Positions 18,559 to 28,396 of a DNA stretch of 64,000 nucleotides are shown here, one piece after another. The notes under the pieces are model-generated. The model saw only the letters and a list, made by a program, of their open reading frames with translations. It did not search any database and was not told the origin of the DNA. Positions within the stretch are counted from its first letter, which is position 1; each line of letters begins with the position of its first letter. Origin of the DNA: an uncultured Bacillota bacterium (GTDB lineage: Bacteria > Sysuimicrobiota > Sysuimicrobiia > Sysuimicrobiales > Segetimicrobiaceae). A program made the translations under genes and the position numbers. The stretch is taken from positions 32,001 to 96,000 of the forward strand of contig CAWDRG010000004.1 in assembly GCA_963804645.1 (NCBI GenBank), read 5' to 3'.

Positions 18559-18687
18559 CGACCCGGCCGGCGTGTTGCCGCGGCAGCGCGCCCGGGTGGA
18601 CTGCCGGCCGCCCGCACCCAGTGGGGGCGGGGGTGACCCCCGGCCGTGTGCTCCCGTGGGTCGACACCACCGCGTACACGCAGGAGG

Positions 18688-19200
18688 ATGCGGGTGCCCC
18701 AGCCTCGGCGCAAGATGAAGCAGGCGCACAGCGCCGGCGGGGTGGTGTTCCAACAGGACCCCGCCCGCGGTGAGGTCCGCCTGCTCCTGCTGCAGCATGA
18801 GACCGGCAAGTGGATGCTCCCCAAGGGCACGATCGAAGCGGGCGAGACCTCCGAGGCCGTGGCGCGGCGCGAGGTCGCCGAGGAGACCGGCATCCGGAAC
18901 GTTCGGATCGTGTCTGACCTCGGCGAGGAGCGCTACGTGTTCTTCTGGAAGGCCGAGGACACGTATTACGACAAGACCGTCCACTACTACCTGATGGAGT
19001 TTCTCGGCGGCGAGGACGCCTCACCCCAGCGCGAGGAAGGGTTTATCCGGTGCGAGTGGGCGACGTTCGCCGACGCCCTCGAGCGCATCAAGTACAAGGA
19101 GACCCGGCAGGTGGTCCGGCGCGCGCAGGCGGCGCTGGCACGCATCGTGCCGTCACTGGTGGTGCCCACGGAGGTGCAGGATGGTCCCGGAGCGGCCTGA
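18688..19200 (+). CDS. NUDIX hydrolase
   Basis: Nudix box GTIEAGETSEAVARREVAEETG and SAGGVV. Start uncertain. Confidence 0.9.
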   Translation: MRVPQPRRKMKQAHSAGGVVFQQDPARGEVRLLLLQHETGKWMLPKGTIEAGETSEAVARREVAEETGIRNVRIVSDLGEERYVFFWKAEDTYYDKTVHYYLMEFLGGEDASPQREEGFIRCEWATFADALERIKYKETRQVVRRAQAALARIVPSLVVPTEVQDGPGAA

Positions 19201-20533
19201 GGGCGCGGCCACGCATGCGGCCGGAGGGGCCGCCTCACCCGCGTCGTTTCCTTCGGACGCGGAGCGGGACCGGCTGGTGCAGGAGACCCTCGACCGCTAC
19301 CGGCGCTACCTGAACCCGGGGCTCGCGCGCCTCTTCAAGTTCGGCGGCTCGGAGACGGTCGAGTGGGCGGCGTCCGGGTGCCTCGTCTGGGACGTCCACG
19401 GGCGCGAATACGTAGACTGCGCGTGCGGGCCCGCGATCTTCAACGTCGGCCACCGCCATCCGCGCGTGCTCGCGGCCGTGCGCGATCAGCTCGACCGGAT
19501 TCCGATGTCCGTGCGGACGATGCCGAGCGCCCCGCAGGCCGAACTCGCCGAGCGGCTCGCGGCGGTGACGCCGGGCGATCTCCGCTTCAGCTTCTTCTGC
19601 AACAGCGGTGCGGAGGCGGTCGAAGGGGCGCTCAAGCTGGCCCGCCTCGCGACCGGCCGCCCGGGCTTCGTCGCGATGCGCGACGGGTTTCACGGCAAGA
19701 CGTTCGGCGCGCTGTCCGCGACCGGCCGCGAGTTCTACCGTGCCCCGTTCGAGCCGCTCGTGCCCGGCTTCGTGCACGTGCCGTTTGGCGACGCCGCGGC
19801 GATCGAGCAGGCGGTCGGGCCCGAGACGGCCGCGGTGATCCTCGAGCCGATCCAGGGCGAAGCCGGCGTGATCGTGCCCCCGGCCGGCTACCTCCGCGAG
19901 GTCCGGGCGATCTGCGACCGCCGCGGGGTGCTCATGATCGCCGACGAAATTCAGACCGGCCTCGGGCGCACGGGGCGCATGTTCGCCGTGGACCACGAGG
20001 CGGTCACCCCCGACATCATGACGCTCGCGAAGGCGCTCGGCGGCGGGGTGATGCCGATCGGCGCGTTCGTCGCCCGGCCGGCGCTCTGGGACGAGTTTCA
20101 GCGGCAGCCGTACATCCACTCGACCACGTTCGGGGGGAATCCGCTCGCGTGCCGCGCGGCGATCGCGACGCTCGCGGTGCTCGAGGACGAACGGCTGGCG
20201 GACCGCGCGGCGGCGATGGGCGCGCGGTTCCTCGAGGGGCTCGAGGAGCTGCGGCGCCGGCACCCCACGGTGGTGCGCGACGTGCGCGGGCGGGGGCTCA
20301 TGCTCGGCATCGAGTTCACCCACAGCGACTACGCGCTGATGACGGCCGCCGAGGCCGGGCACCGCGGCGTGATTACCTTCTATACGCTCAACAACCCCGG
20401 CGTGATCCGCGTCGAGCCGCCGCTCACGATCACGCCGGAGCTGATCGACCGGGCCGTCGAGGGACTCGACGGCGCGATCGCGGAGGCCTCCCGCGTGCTG
20501 GCGCCGGTGCGCGCGGCTGTGGACGGCGCGTGA
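19181..20533 (+). CDS. Class-III PLP aminotransferase (putrescine/acetylornithine aminotransferase-like)
   Basis: NSGAEAVEGALK, FHGKTFGALS, EPIQGEAG, ADEIQTGLGRTG and LAKALGGG. Confidence 0.9.
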   Translation: MVPERPEGAATHAAGGAASPASFPSDAERDRLVQETLDRYRRYLNPGLARLFKFGGSETVEWAASGCLVWDVHGREYVDCACGPAIFNVGHRHPRVLAAVRDQLDRIPMSVRTMPSAPQAELAERLAAVTPGDLRFSFFCNSGAEAVEGALKLARLATGRPGFVAMRDGFHGKTFGALSATGREFYRAPFEPLVPGFVHVPFGDAAAIEQAVGPETAAVILEPIQGEAGVIVPPAGYLREVRAICDRRGVLMIADEIQTGLGRTGRMFAVDHEAVTPDIMTLAKALGGGVMPIGAFVARPALWDEFQRQPYIHSTTFGGNPLACRAAIATLAVLEDERLADRAAAMGARFLEGLEELRRRHPTVVRDVRGRGLMLGIEFTHSDYALMTAAEAGHRGVITFYTLNNPGVIRVEPPLTITPELIDRAVEGLDGAIAEASRVLAPVRAAVDGA

Positions 20534-23256
20534 GCGGTCGGGCCCTCCCGCCGGGGACCAGCGCGGACGAGGTCCGCGAGACGTTCCTCCGCTACTTCGA
20601 GGCGCAGCAGCACACCCGCGTGCCCAGCGCGTCGCTGGTGCCGGCCGGCGACCCGACGCTGCTGTTCACCAACGCCGGGATGGTGCAGTTCAAAGACGTC
20701 TTTCTCGGCGTCGATCAGCGGCCGTACCGGCGGGCGACGACCGCGCAGAAGTGCATGCGCGTCAGCGGCAAGCACAACGATCTCGAGAACGTCGGCCCCT
20801 CGCCGCGGCACCACACGTTCTTCGAGATGCTCGGCAACTTCAGCTTCGGGGACTACTTCAAGCGTGAGGCCATCCGGTTCGCGTGGGAGCTCGTCACGGG
20901 GCCGTACGGGATCGCGCCGGACCGGCTCGTGTTCACCGTCCTGGCGGACGACGACGAGGCCGCCGACGCGTGGACGGCCCTCGGGGTGCCGGCCGCGCGC
21001 GTGCTGCGGATGGGCGACGCCACGAACTTCTGGATGATGGGCGACGTCGGACCGTGCGGTCCGACGAGCGAGCTGCACTACGACCGGGGGCCGGAGGCGT
21101 GCACGTGCCACCGGCCCGACTGCAGCGTCCGGCTCGACAACGGCTGCGGCCGCTGGCTCGAGATCTGGAACCTGGTCTTCATGCAGTACAACCAGGCGCC
21201 GACGGGGGAGCGGAGCCCGCTGCCGCGGCCGGGCGTCGACACCGGGATGGGGCTCGAGCGCATCGCGTCGGTGCTCCAGGACGTGCCGACCAACTACGAC
21301 ACCGACCTGTTCCTGCCGATCCTCGACGGCCTCCAGCACGAGATCCTCGGGGAGAGCGACGCCGAGCGCGCGGCCCACACGATTGCGTACCGGGTGCTCG
21401 CGGATCACGGACGGGCGATGACGTTCCTCGTCTCCGACGGGGTGCTGCCGGGCAACGAGGGCCGCGGCTACGTGCTCCGCATGGTCATGCGCCGCGCCCT
21501 CCGGTACGCGCGGCAGATGCGCGGCGACGCGGCGGCGCGCGCCCCGCTGACCGCCGCCCCGCTGATGCCGCGCGTGGCCGATCTCGTGATCCGACGGATG
21601 GCCCGCGCGTATCCGGAGCTCGAGCGGCAGCGGGCCCACATTCACGAGGTGCTCGCCGCCGAAGAGGGGCGGTTCGAGCGCACGCTCGACGCCGGGCTCG
21701 AGCGGCTGGACGCGCTGATCGGCGAGACGCGCGCGCGCGGCCTGCGCGCGCTGCCCGGGGCCGAGGTGTTCCGGCTGTACGATACGTACGGGTTCCCGCC
21801 GGATCTGACGCGCGACGTGGCGCGCGAGCACGGCCTTGAGCTCGACGACGCGGGATTCGACGACGAGATGGCGCGGCAGCGCGAGCGGTCGCGGGGGGCC
21901 GTGGCGTTCAGATTCGATGCGCCGGATCGGTCGCTGTACGCGGAGCTCCGGGACGAGGTGGGCGAGACGGTGTTCGTCGGCTACGACGCCCTCGAGGCCG
22001 ACGCGCGGGTCGTAGCGCTGATCGCCGTCGGCCGTCGCGTGGACGCCGTGGAGCAGGGGCAGGACGTCGACGTGGTCGTGGACCGCACGCCGTTCTATGC
22101 TGAGTCGGGCGGGCAGGTGGGCGACACCGGAGAGATGCGCGCGCCGGGTGGGGCGGTCGCGGTGACCGACACGCAGCGTCCCGTGCCCGGGCTGTGGGTC
22201 CACCGCGGCCGCGTGACGGACGGGAGGATGCGCGTCGGCGATACCGTGCATCTCACGGTGGACGCCGCGCGCCGGAGCGACATCAGACGCAACCACACCG
22301 CGACGCACCTGCTGCACCGGGCGCTCCAGGAGGTGCTCGGCGAGCACGCCCGCCAGGCCGGCTCGCTGGTGGCGCCGGACCGGCTCCGCTTCGACTTTGT
22401 GCATCCGGCCGCGGTGGCGCCGTCGGAGCTGGCGCGGATCGAGGATCGCGTCAACGAGCAGATCGTCGCGGCGCATCCGGTCACGACCACCGTGATGCGG
22501 TACGACGACGCGGTCGCGTCTGGCGCGACGGCGCTGTTCGGGGAGAAGTACGGGGACGAGGTGCGCGTCGTCACCGTCGACGACTACAGCCGTGAACTGT
22601 GCGGCGGCACTCACGTGCGCACGACGTCCGAGATTGAGCTGTTCCTGCTGACCGGGGAAGGCTCCGTCGGGTCCGGCATCCGGCGGATCGAGGCGGCGAC
22701 CGGGCGCGGCGCCGTGGAGCGACTGCACGACGCCGAGGTGAAGCTGCGCGAGGCGGCCGCGGAGCTGCGGGTGCCGCCCGACGCGCTGCCGGCGCGGGTG
22801 CAGCAGCTGACCGATCGCCGGCGGGCGGCGGAGCGCGCGGCCGAGCGGGCCCGGGTCGGCGCCGCGGTGCCCGACCTTAATGCGCTGGCCGGCGCGGCTC
22901 GGGATGTGGACGGCATCGCGGTGGTCGGTGCGACGATCGCGGGCGCCACGCAGGGATCGCTGCGCGCGTTCGGAGACCGGCTCAAGTCGAAATTCCCGGC
23001 GGGCGTCATCGTCGCCGCGGGCGGCGCCGACGGGCGTGTGGAGATCGTCGTGATGGCGACGCCGGGCGCCGTGTCGCGGGGCGCGGCGGCGTCGAAGGTA
23101 ATGCAGGCGCTGAACCGCCGGCTCGGCACGCGCGGCGGCGGGCGGCCCGAACTCGCGCAGGGCGGCGGCGGCGATCCGGCCCGGCTGCCGGAAGTGATGG
23201 ACGCGCTGCCCGACATCGTGCGCGAGGTGCTCGCCGCGTCGGAGGTCACGCGGTGA
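20530..23256 (+). CDS. alaS: Alanine--tRNA ligase
   Basis: DPTLLFTNAGMVQFK, HHTFFEMLGNFSFGDYFK, NHTATHLLH and ELCGGTHV. Confidence 0.98.
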   Translation: MSGRALPPGTSADEVRETFLRYFEAQQHTRVPSASLVPAGDPTLLFTNAGMVQFKDVFLGVDQRPYRRATTAQKCMRVSGKHNDLENVGPSPRHHTFFEMLGNFSFGDYFKREAIRFAWELVTGPYGIAPDRLVFTVLADDDEAADAWTALGVPAARVLRMGDATNFWMMGDVGPCGPTSELHYDRGPEACTCHRPDCSVRLDNGCGRWLEIWNLVFMQYNQAPTGERSPLPRPGVDTGMGLERIASVLQDVPTNYDTDLFLPILDGLQHEILGESDAERAAHTIAYRVLADHGRAMTFLVSDGVLPGNEGRGYVLRMVMRRALRYARQMRGDAAARAPLTAAPLMPRVADLVIRRMARAYPELERQRAHIHEVLAAEEGRFERTLDAGLERLDALIGETRARGLRALPGAEVFRLYDTYGFPPDLTRDVAREHGLELDDAGFDDEMARQRERSRGAVAFRFDAPDRSLYAELRDEVGETVFVGYDALEADARVVALIAVGRRVDAVEQGQDVDVVVDRTPFYAESGGQVGDTGEMRAPGGAVAVTDTQRPVPGLWVHRGRVTDGRMRVGDTVHLTVDAARRSDIRRNHTATHLLHRALQEVLGEHARQAGSLVAPDRLRFDFVHPAAVAPSELARIEDRVNEQIVAAHPVTTTVMRYDDAVASGATALFGEKYGDEVRVVTVDDYSRELCGGTHVRTTSEIELFLLTGEGSVGSGIRRIEAATGRGAVERLHDAEVKLREAAAELRVPPDALPARVQQLTDRRRAAERAAERARVGAAVPDLNALAGAARDVDGIAVVGATIAGATQGSLRAFGDRLKSKFPAGVIVAAGGADGRVEIVVMATPGAVSRGAAASKVMQALNRRLGTRGGGRPELAQGGGGDPARLPEVMDALPDIVREVLAASEVTR

Positions 23257-23693
23257 CGCCGGTGCTCGGCCTCGACCTCGGCACGAAGCGGATCGGGGTG
23301 GCGCTGAGCGATCCGACCGACACCCTGGCCTCGCCGTTCAGCACGGTGCCCCACCGATCGAGCCGCGCGGATGTGGCGCAGCTCGCGGCCCTCTGCGCCG
23401 AGCAGCGCGTGACGGCCGTGGTGGTCGGCTGGCCGCGCAACATGGATGGGACGAGCGGGCCGGCGGCCAAGCAGGCGGAGGAGTTCGCGGAGCGGCTGCG
23501 GGCGGCGACGGGGCTTCCCGTCCATCTGTGGGACGAGCGGCTGTCCACGGTGGCGGCGGAGCGGGTGCTGATCGAAGCCGGCGCGCGGCGCGAGCGCCGC
23601 CGGGACGTCCGAGACCGGGTCGCCGCCGTGTTTCTGCTGCAGGCGTTTCTCGACGCCCGGGCGAGACGTCTTACAATCGACGCGTCCGGGTAG
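23253..23693 (+). CDS. ruvX: YqgF/RuvX RNase H-fold nuclease
   Basis: LGLDLGTKRIGVALSD, WDERLST and DRVAAVFLLQ. Confidence 0.95.
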   Translation: MTPVLGLDLGTKRIGVALSDPTDTLASPFSTVPHRSSRADVAQLAALCAEQRVTAVVVGWPRNMDGTSGPAAKQAEEFAERLRAATGLPVHLWDERLSTVAAERVLIEAGARRERRRDVRDRVAAVFLLQAFLDARARRLTIDASG

Positions 23694-23729
23694 ATGAGGT
23701 ACAATAGGGCCGTGAACTGGGGGGACGTG

Positions 23730-25076
23730 ATGACAGGGCGTCGCGCGTCGATAGAGCGCGGCCGGCTCCGGAGAGTCATGCCGGGACCGCGGGGTCGCAC
23801 GGCAGCATCGCCGCCAACCGCGCCTGACGTGTGGAGCCTCCGACGTGTGCTGTCGGCGGTGTGCGTCCTCACCGTGTGCGTGCTGGTCGGCGTGGCGCTG
23901 CCGAGTGGTGCGGCGCTGCCCCTCCCGACCGCGCCGATACCGGCGATGCCGGGCGGGTCTGGGCAGTCGGGCGAGGGCGCCCAAGGCATCCTGCCTGGCG
24001 TGTCGATCGGACCGGCCGTCCTCGGCATGCAGGCCAGCGACCTGCGCGCCGCCCTCGGGCCGTCCGTCCCAGGACCGGGGGGCCAGTTGGTGTTCCCGCG
24101 GTGGCGGATCACCGCGACGATGGCCGCCATCGGCGTCACGCAGCTCACTACGACGAATCCCACGCTCCGGACCCCGACTGGCGCGGGCGTGGGAACGGCC
24201 GAGACTCAGGCGGTGCCGCTCGTCGGTGACTTCAATACGGCGATGACCCGGACCCAGATCGGCAACAACATCATCTCAGTGTTGTTCCCGTTCCAGGGGG
24301 TCGGCTTCTTGTTTCAAAACTCCCGCGCGACCGCCGTGTACGTGGTGCAGCGCATCCCGCTGATCCCGTCGGTGACCGCCCCGCGCGGCGGGGAGCCCGG
24401 CGCCAGCACCGGCGAGGCGAGTGCCGCGGCTCCGACCACGACGCCCGCGCCAACCACGGAGCCCTCCGCCAGAGCCGCGCTCGCAGTGCGCGGTCTCGCG
24501 GAAACGATCAATTTGGCGGGAGTCCTGCAGGTCACCGGACAGCTGGCCAACTCGGGCGCCGGGCCGTCCACCCCGGTGACGCTGACCGCGACGTTCACCC
24601 GTCAGAGCGGCGCCTCGATCCAGCAGCAGGTGGGAGTCCCGGGCCCGGTCGCGCCCGGCGGCTCCGCGCCCTTCGGCCTCAGCACGGTCATCGGCAACGA
24701 CTTGATCACCCGCTACACGATCCAGGGAACCGCGGATTCGGGGATCGCGGAGGTCGCGCGCGCGATTCCCTTCACGGAGTACTCCGCGTTCGCGATCCGT
24801 CAGGTCCAGGTGAACGTCGCGTTGGGCGCGCCGGTCGGGACGGGGAACGGGGTGCAGGCGGTTGTCAGCATCACGAGTACCGGCGCGATTCCCGCCGCGT
24901 GGGTGCGGGACGTCACCGTGCAAATCCCGTTTTCGAACGGGGGCTCGACGACCGTCCACGTCATGCCGGGACAGTCGCCGACGGTGATCGTACCGTCCGT
25001 GCCGGGCCCCGGTGTCACCAACGGGCAGCTGTTCGGCACTCCGCAGATCGTGGCGGTCACGTTGGGAACGGGCTAG
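23730..25076 (+). CDS. Secreted hypothetical protein (PGxSIG-type domain plus Ig/FxLYD-like domain)
   Basis: Hydrophobic signal and a domain shared with the ORFs at 25234 and 58472. TCGACG-17-TACAAT (23677-23705) lies upstream. Start uncertain. Confidence 0.65.
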   Translation: MTGRRASIERGRLRRVMPGPRGRTAASPPTAPDVWSLRRVLSAVCVLTVCVLVGVALPSGAALPLPTAPIPAMPGGSGQSGEGAQGILPGVSIGPAVLGMQASDLRAALGPSVPGPGGQLVFPRWRITATMAAIGVTQLTTTNPTLRTPTGAGVGTAETQAVPLVGDFNTAMTRTQIGNNIISVLFPFQGVGFLFQNSRATAVYVVQRIPLIPSVTAPRGGEPGASTGEASAAAPTTTPAPTTEPSARAALAVRGLAETINLAGVLQVTGQLANSGAGPSTPVTLTATFTRQSGASIQQQVGVPGPVAPGGSAPFGLSTVIGNDLITRYTIQGTADSGIAEVARAIPFTEYSAFAIRQVQVNVALGAPVGTGNGVQAVVSITSTGAIPAAWVRDVTVQIPFSNGGSTTVHVMPGQSPTVIVPSVPGPGVTNGQLFGTPQIVAVTLGTG

Positions 25077-25233
25077 GGCCGGCGCGTGAGGCGGCAGGGG
25101 ATCGTGCGTTCGGCGGCGTAGCCCCGGCGGTGAGGTCGTCCGCAGGCGCACTGAAGCCGGTAGCGGACGGAGAAGCAGGCGACGGTCAAGGGGGGAGCGG
25201 ACCAAGCGTCCCCGCATAGGGAGGAGATAGCGA

Positions 25234-25824
25234 ATGAGAGCCGGTACATGGGTGGCAAGAGTTGCGGGTAGTGCGCTGGCGCTGTGTCTTGCGGTGACGG
25301 GGGCGTGGGGCCAGGCCGTGGCGCCAGAGAGGCTGCCGTATGTGCCCTTTTCCCCGGCCACAGCGTCGTTTGTAATCTTGCCCGGCAGGGCAATCGGCAA
25401 GTGGAACCTGGACGCGAGAATCCCGACCTCGTGGCCCAATTCGAGGCGCAGTACCCTACCATCGGGACCGTGCCGGTGGTGTTCCGACAGGGCAGTGTTT
25501 TCCTTCCATCAGTGGACCGATCCGCCGCTGATCGTGGCTTCGCCGCGGGGCTTCGTGAGCGTGTGGGCACTCGGGACGTACGGCCCGAAGTATAGGACGC
25601 CGGAGAATTTCGGTGAAGGATCGACCGTGGACCAGATCACGGCGGTGTACAAGGACCCGGACTACACAGTCCGCGGTATCACGTACGAGGCACTCATCTA
25701 CAACTCGCTCGGGATCGCGTTTGACACGCCGTGGGATCCGGCGACCAACAACTACGGACTGTCGTGCGGACGACATGGGTGTTCAGGGTCGGGCAAGCGC
25801 AATCGATATTCGAGCGTCCCGTGA
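25234..25824 (+). CDS. Secreted hypothetical protein (PGxxIG-type domain), probably with compensating frameshifts
   Basis: GGAGGAG RBS and signal peptide. An alternative frame at ~25420-25500 reads more protein-like. Confidence 0.55.
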   Translation: MRAGTWVARVAGSALALCLAVTGAWGQAVAPERLPYVPFSPATASFVILPGRAIGKWNLDARIPTSWPNSRRSTLPSGPCRWCSDRAVFSFHQWTDPPLIVASPRGFVSVWALGTYGPKYRTPENFGEGSTVDQITAVYKDPDYTVRGITYEALIYNSLGIAFDTPWDPATNNYGLSCGRHGCSGSGKRNRYSSVP

Positions 25825-25853
25825 ACGGCCCGGTGCTGGCGCGCGGCCACGCC

Positions 25854-25882
25854 TTGACAACAGTCTGGGGGTATGCTTAACT
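25854..25882 (+). promoter_or_regulatory. Sigma70-type promoter upstream of riboswitch/pilT
   Basis: TTGACA at 25854-25859, 17 bp spacer, then TTAACT preceded by TG. The -10 match is weak. Confidence 0.5.
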
Positions 25883-25907
25883 AATCGCAACAGAATAGTT
25901 CCTACGA

Positions 25908-26011
25908 ATCCGTAGGGGCAAACCCGGAGAGATCCGGGGACGCAAAGCCACGGGACAGGCCGGGTACGCCGCAGGGGGGGCGGGACCGGCAAGTCAGCCG
26001 GGTTGTCGGAT
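25908..26011 (+). ncRNA. GEMM-I / c-di-GMP-I-fold riboswitch aptamer (variant)
   Basis: Hallmarks GGCAAAC-stem-GNRA(GAGA)-stem-GACGCAAAGCC ... CAGCCGGGTTG; P1 formed by ATCCG (25908-25912) and CGGAT (26007-26011). Confidence 0.9.
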
Positions 26012-26021
26012 CCGTGATCGG

Positions 26022-26060
26022 GTCCCTCCCGTCTCGTGAATGCTCGGAGGGGCTTTTTTT
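26022..26060 (+). terminator. Intrinsic terminator (riboswitch expression platform)
   Basis: GTCCCTCC...GGAGGGGC stem followed by T7, between the aptamer and pilT. Confidence 0.8.
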
Positions 26061-26166
26061 GTCTCCCCGGAAGTGTGGACGCGGGACGGTCGAAGGCTTG
26101 CGGGTCAAGACAGACATCCGGGCGGATCGCTCGAGACCGAGACGCGCTAGGGGTGCGACACACGCT

Positions 26167-27257
26167 ATGGATATCACCGAGCTGCTGATCATCACGAAGG
26201 AGCGGGACGCGTCCGATCTGCATCTCGCCGTGGGCTCACCGCCGATGCTGCGGGTCAACGGGCGGCTGCAGCGTGTGGACTCGACCGAGGCGCTGACGCC
26301 CGGCGAGGTCCACCGCATGCTGTACGACGTCTTGACGGACGATCAGAAGGCGCAGGTTCGAGGAACGCCACGACCTCGACCTGTCGCTGGAACTCCAGGA
26401 TGTCGCCCGGTTCCGCGTCAACGTCTACAACGATCGATTGGGCGAAGCGGCGGCGTTCCGGCTCATCCCGTCGAAGATTCGGAGCCTCGAGGACCTCGGG
26501 ATGCCGGCGGTGCTCCGGCAGATGGCCGGCAAGGACCGGGGCCTGCTGCTCGTCACCGGGCCCACGGGATCCGGCAAGTCCACCACGCTGGCCGCGATGG
26601 TCGACCTCATCAACACGACGCGCACCGACCACATCATCACCCTCGAAGACCCGATCGAGTTCGTCCACCAGCACAAGCGGTGCATCATCAACCAGCGGGA
26701 GATCGGGCCCCACTGCCGTTCGTTCGAGGCCGGGCTCGTCAACGCGCTGCGCGAGGATCCCGACGTCATTCTCGTCGGCGAAATGCGGGATCTCGAGACG
26801 ATCCAGATGACGCTCACCGCGGCCGAGACCGGTCACCTCGTGCTGGCGACGCTGCACACGAACAGCGCGGCCCAGACGGTGAACCGGATCATCGACGTGT
26901 TCCCGACGCACCAGCAGAACCAGATCCGGGTCCAGCTCAGCGAGGTGCTGCTCGGCGTGCTGGCGCAGTCGCTGGTGGCGCGGCTGGACGACCGCGGGCG
27001 CGTCGCCGCGGTGGAGATGATGATCTGCAATCCCGCGATCCGCAACCTGATCCGCGAGAGCAAGACGTTCCAGATCACGAACGTCATCGACACCGGCGTG
27101 CGAGAGGGTATGGTCAGCCTGGACCACTCGATCAAGGATCTGGTCCGGCGCGGCCTGATCGATCCCGAGTACGGGATGGAGCGGGCGAACGACAAGGAAG
27201 CGTTCCAGCCGACGCCGTCCGGCCAGGTCCAGTCTGGGGCAGGGGCAGCGACGATGA
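26167..27257 (+). CDS. pilT: Type IV pilus retraction ATPase (frameshift near 26355; 3' end ambiguous)
   Basis: MDITELL...ASDLHLAVGSPPMLRVNG, then in a shifted frame RFRVNVY, GPTGSGKSTT, ALREDPD and TLHTNSA. Confidence 0.85.
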
Positions 27258-28361
27258 GCGAGCCGCGCGCTGTGTACGGGCTCGGCGATCTCCTTCGGGC
27301 GATGAAGGAGTCCGATGCGTCAGACATCTATGTCAAGGTCGGGACCGCGCCCACTGCTCCGGATCGCGAACGAGGCGCAGCCCTCTGAGTTCGCCCCGCC
27401 GACACGTGAGGGGGTCGAGGCGATCGTCGCGCCGATCCTGACGGACGTCCATCGGGAGGCGCTGCGCACGATCGGGCACGCGGACCTCGCGTACTCCGAG
27501 ACCAACCTCGGGCGGTTTCGCATCAACGTCTACCAGCAGCGCGGGACCACCGCGCTCGTCGTTCGGCGGGTCCGGTCCGAGATCCCGTCGTTCGAGAAGC
27601 TCAATCTGCCGCCGGTCGTCGGAGAGTTCGCGCTCGCACCCCGCGGGCTGGTGCTGGTGACCGGTCCAGCGGCGGCCGGGAAGTCGACGACGCTCGCGGC
27701 GATGGTCGACTACCGGAATCGCAACCGGCCCGGCCACATCATTACGATCGAGGATCCGATCGAGTATCTCCACACCGATCACATGAGCGCCGTCAGCCAG
27801 CGCGAGGTCGGCACCGATGCCGAGTCGTTCGCGGCCGCGCTGCGCGGCGCGCCGCGGCAGGCGCCCGACGTGCTCGTCATCGGCGAGATGCGCGATTCCG
27901 CCAGCGCGACCGCCGCGGTGTACTTCGCCGAAACCGGGCACCTGCTGCTGAGTACGCTGCACGCGGTCAACGCCAGCCAGGCGCTCGACCGCGTCCTGCA
28001 CATGCTTCCCGGCGACGGCGAGTCGGACATGCAGTCCCAGCGGATGGCGACGATCCTCGTCGGCATCATCTCGCAGCGCCTGGTGCCCCGGGCCGATGGG
28101 ACGGGCGTCGTGCCGGCGGTGGAGGTGCTGCGCGCAACCCCGCGGGTGCGCGAGTTGATCCGCCGCGGCGAGCTCATGCAGCTGCGCCAGACGATGACGG
28201 AGGCGCACGACACGGGGATGCAGACGTTTGATGATGCGCTGTACGGACTGTTCCAGCGCGGGATGATCACGGCGGAAACCTGCCTGGACGCAGCGGAGAG
28301 CCCGAGCGACGTGCGCATGCGCATGCGCGCATTTTCGCCGGTGGGGCGGTCGGCGGGGTAA
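27254..28361 (+). CDS. pilU: Second PilT/PilU-family ATPase (frameshift near 27352)
   Basis: ASDIYVKVG, GRFRINVYQQRG, GPAAAGKSTT, RQAPD, ETGHLLLSTLH and GMQTFDDAL. Confidence 0.75.
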
Positions 28362-28396
28362 TCGATCGCACGGCCGTACGAGGGGGGAGAGGACCG

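Noticed and set aside
19363..20529. 1297-aa AlaS with a long N-terminal extension
   Set aside because: The extension is an off-frame read-through of the aminotransferase gene. AlaS homology begins at GTG 20530.
26340..26370. Programmed frameshift or phase variation in pilT
   Set aside because: No slippery heptamer or homopolymer tract at the break, and similar breaks in neighbouring genes point to sequencing error.
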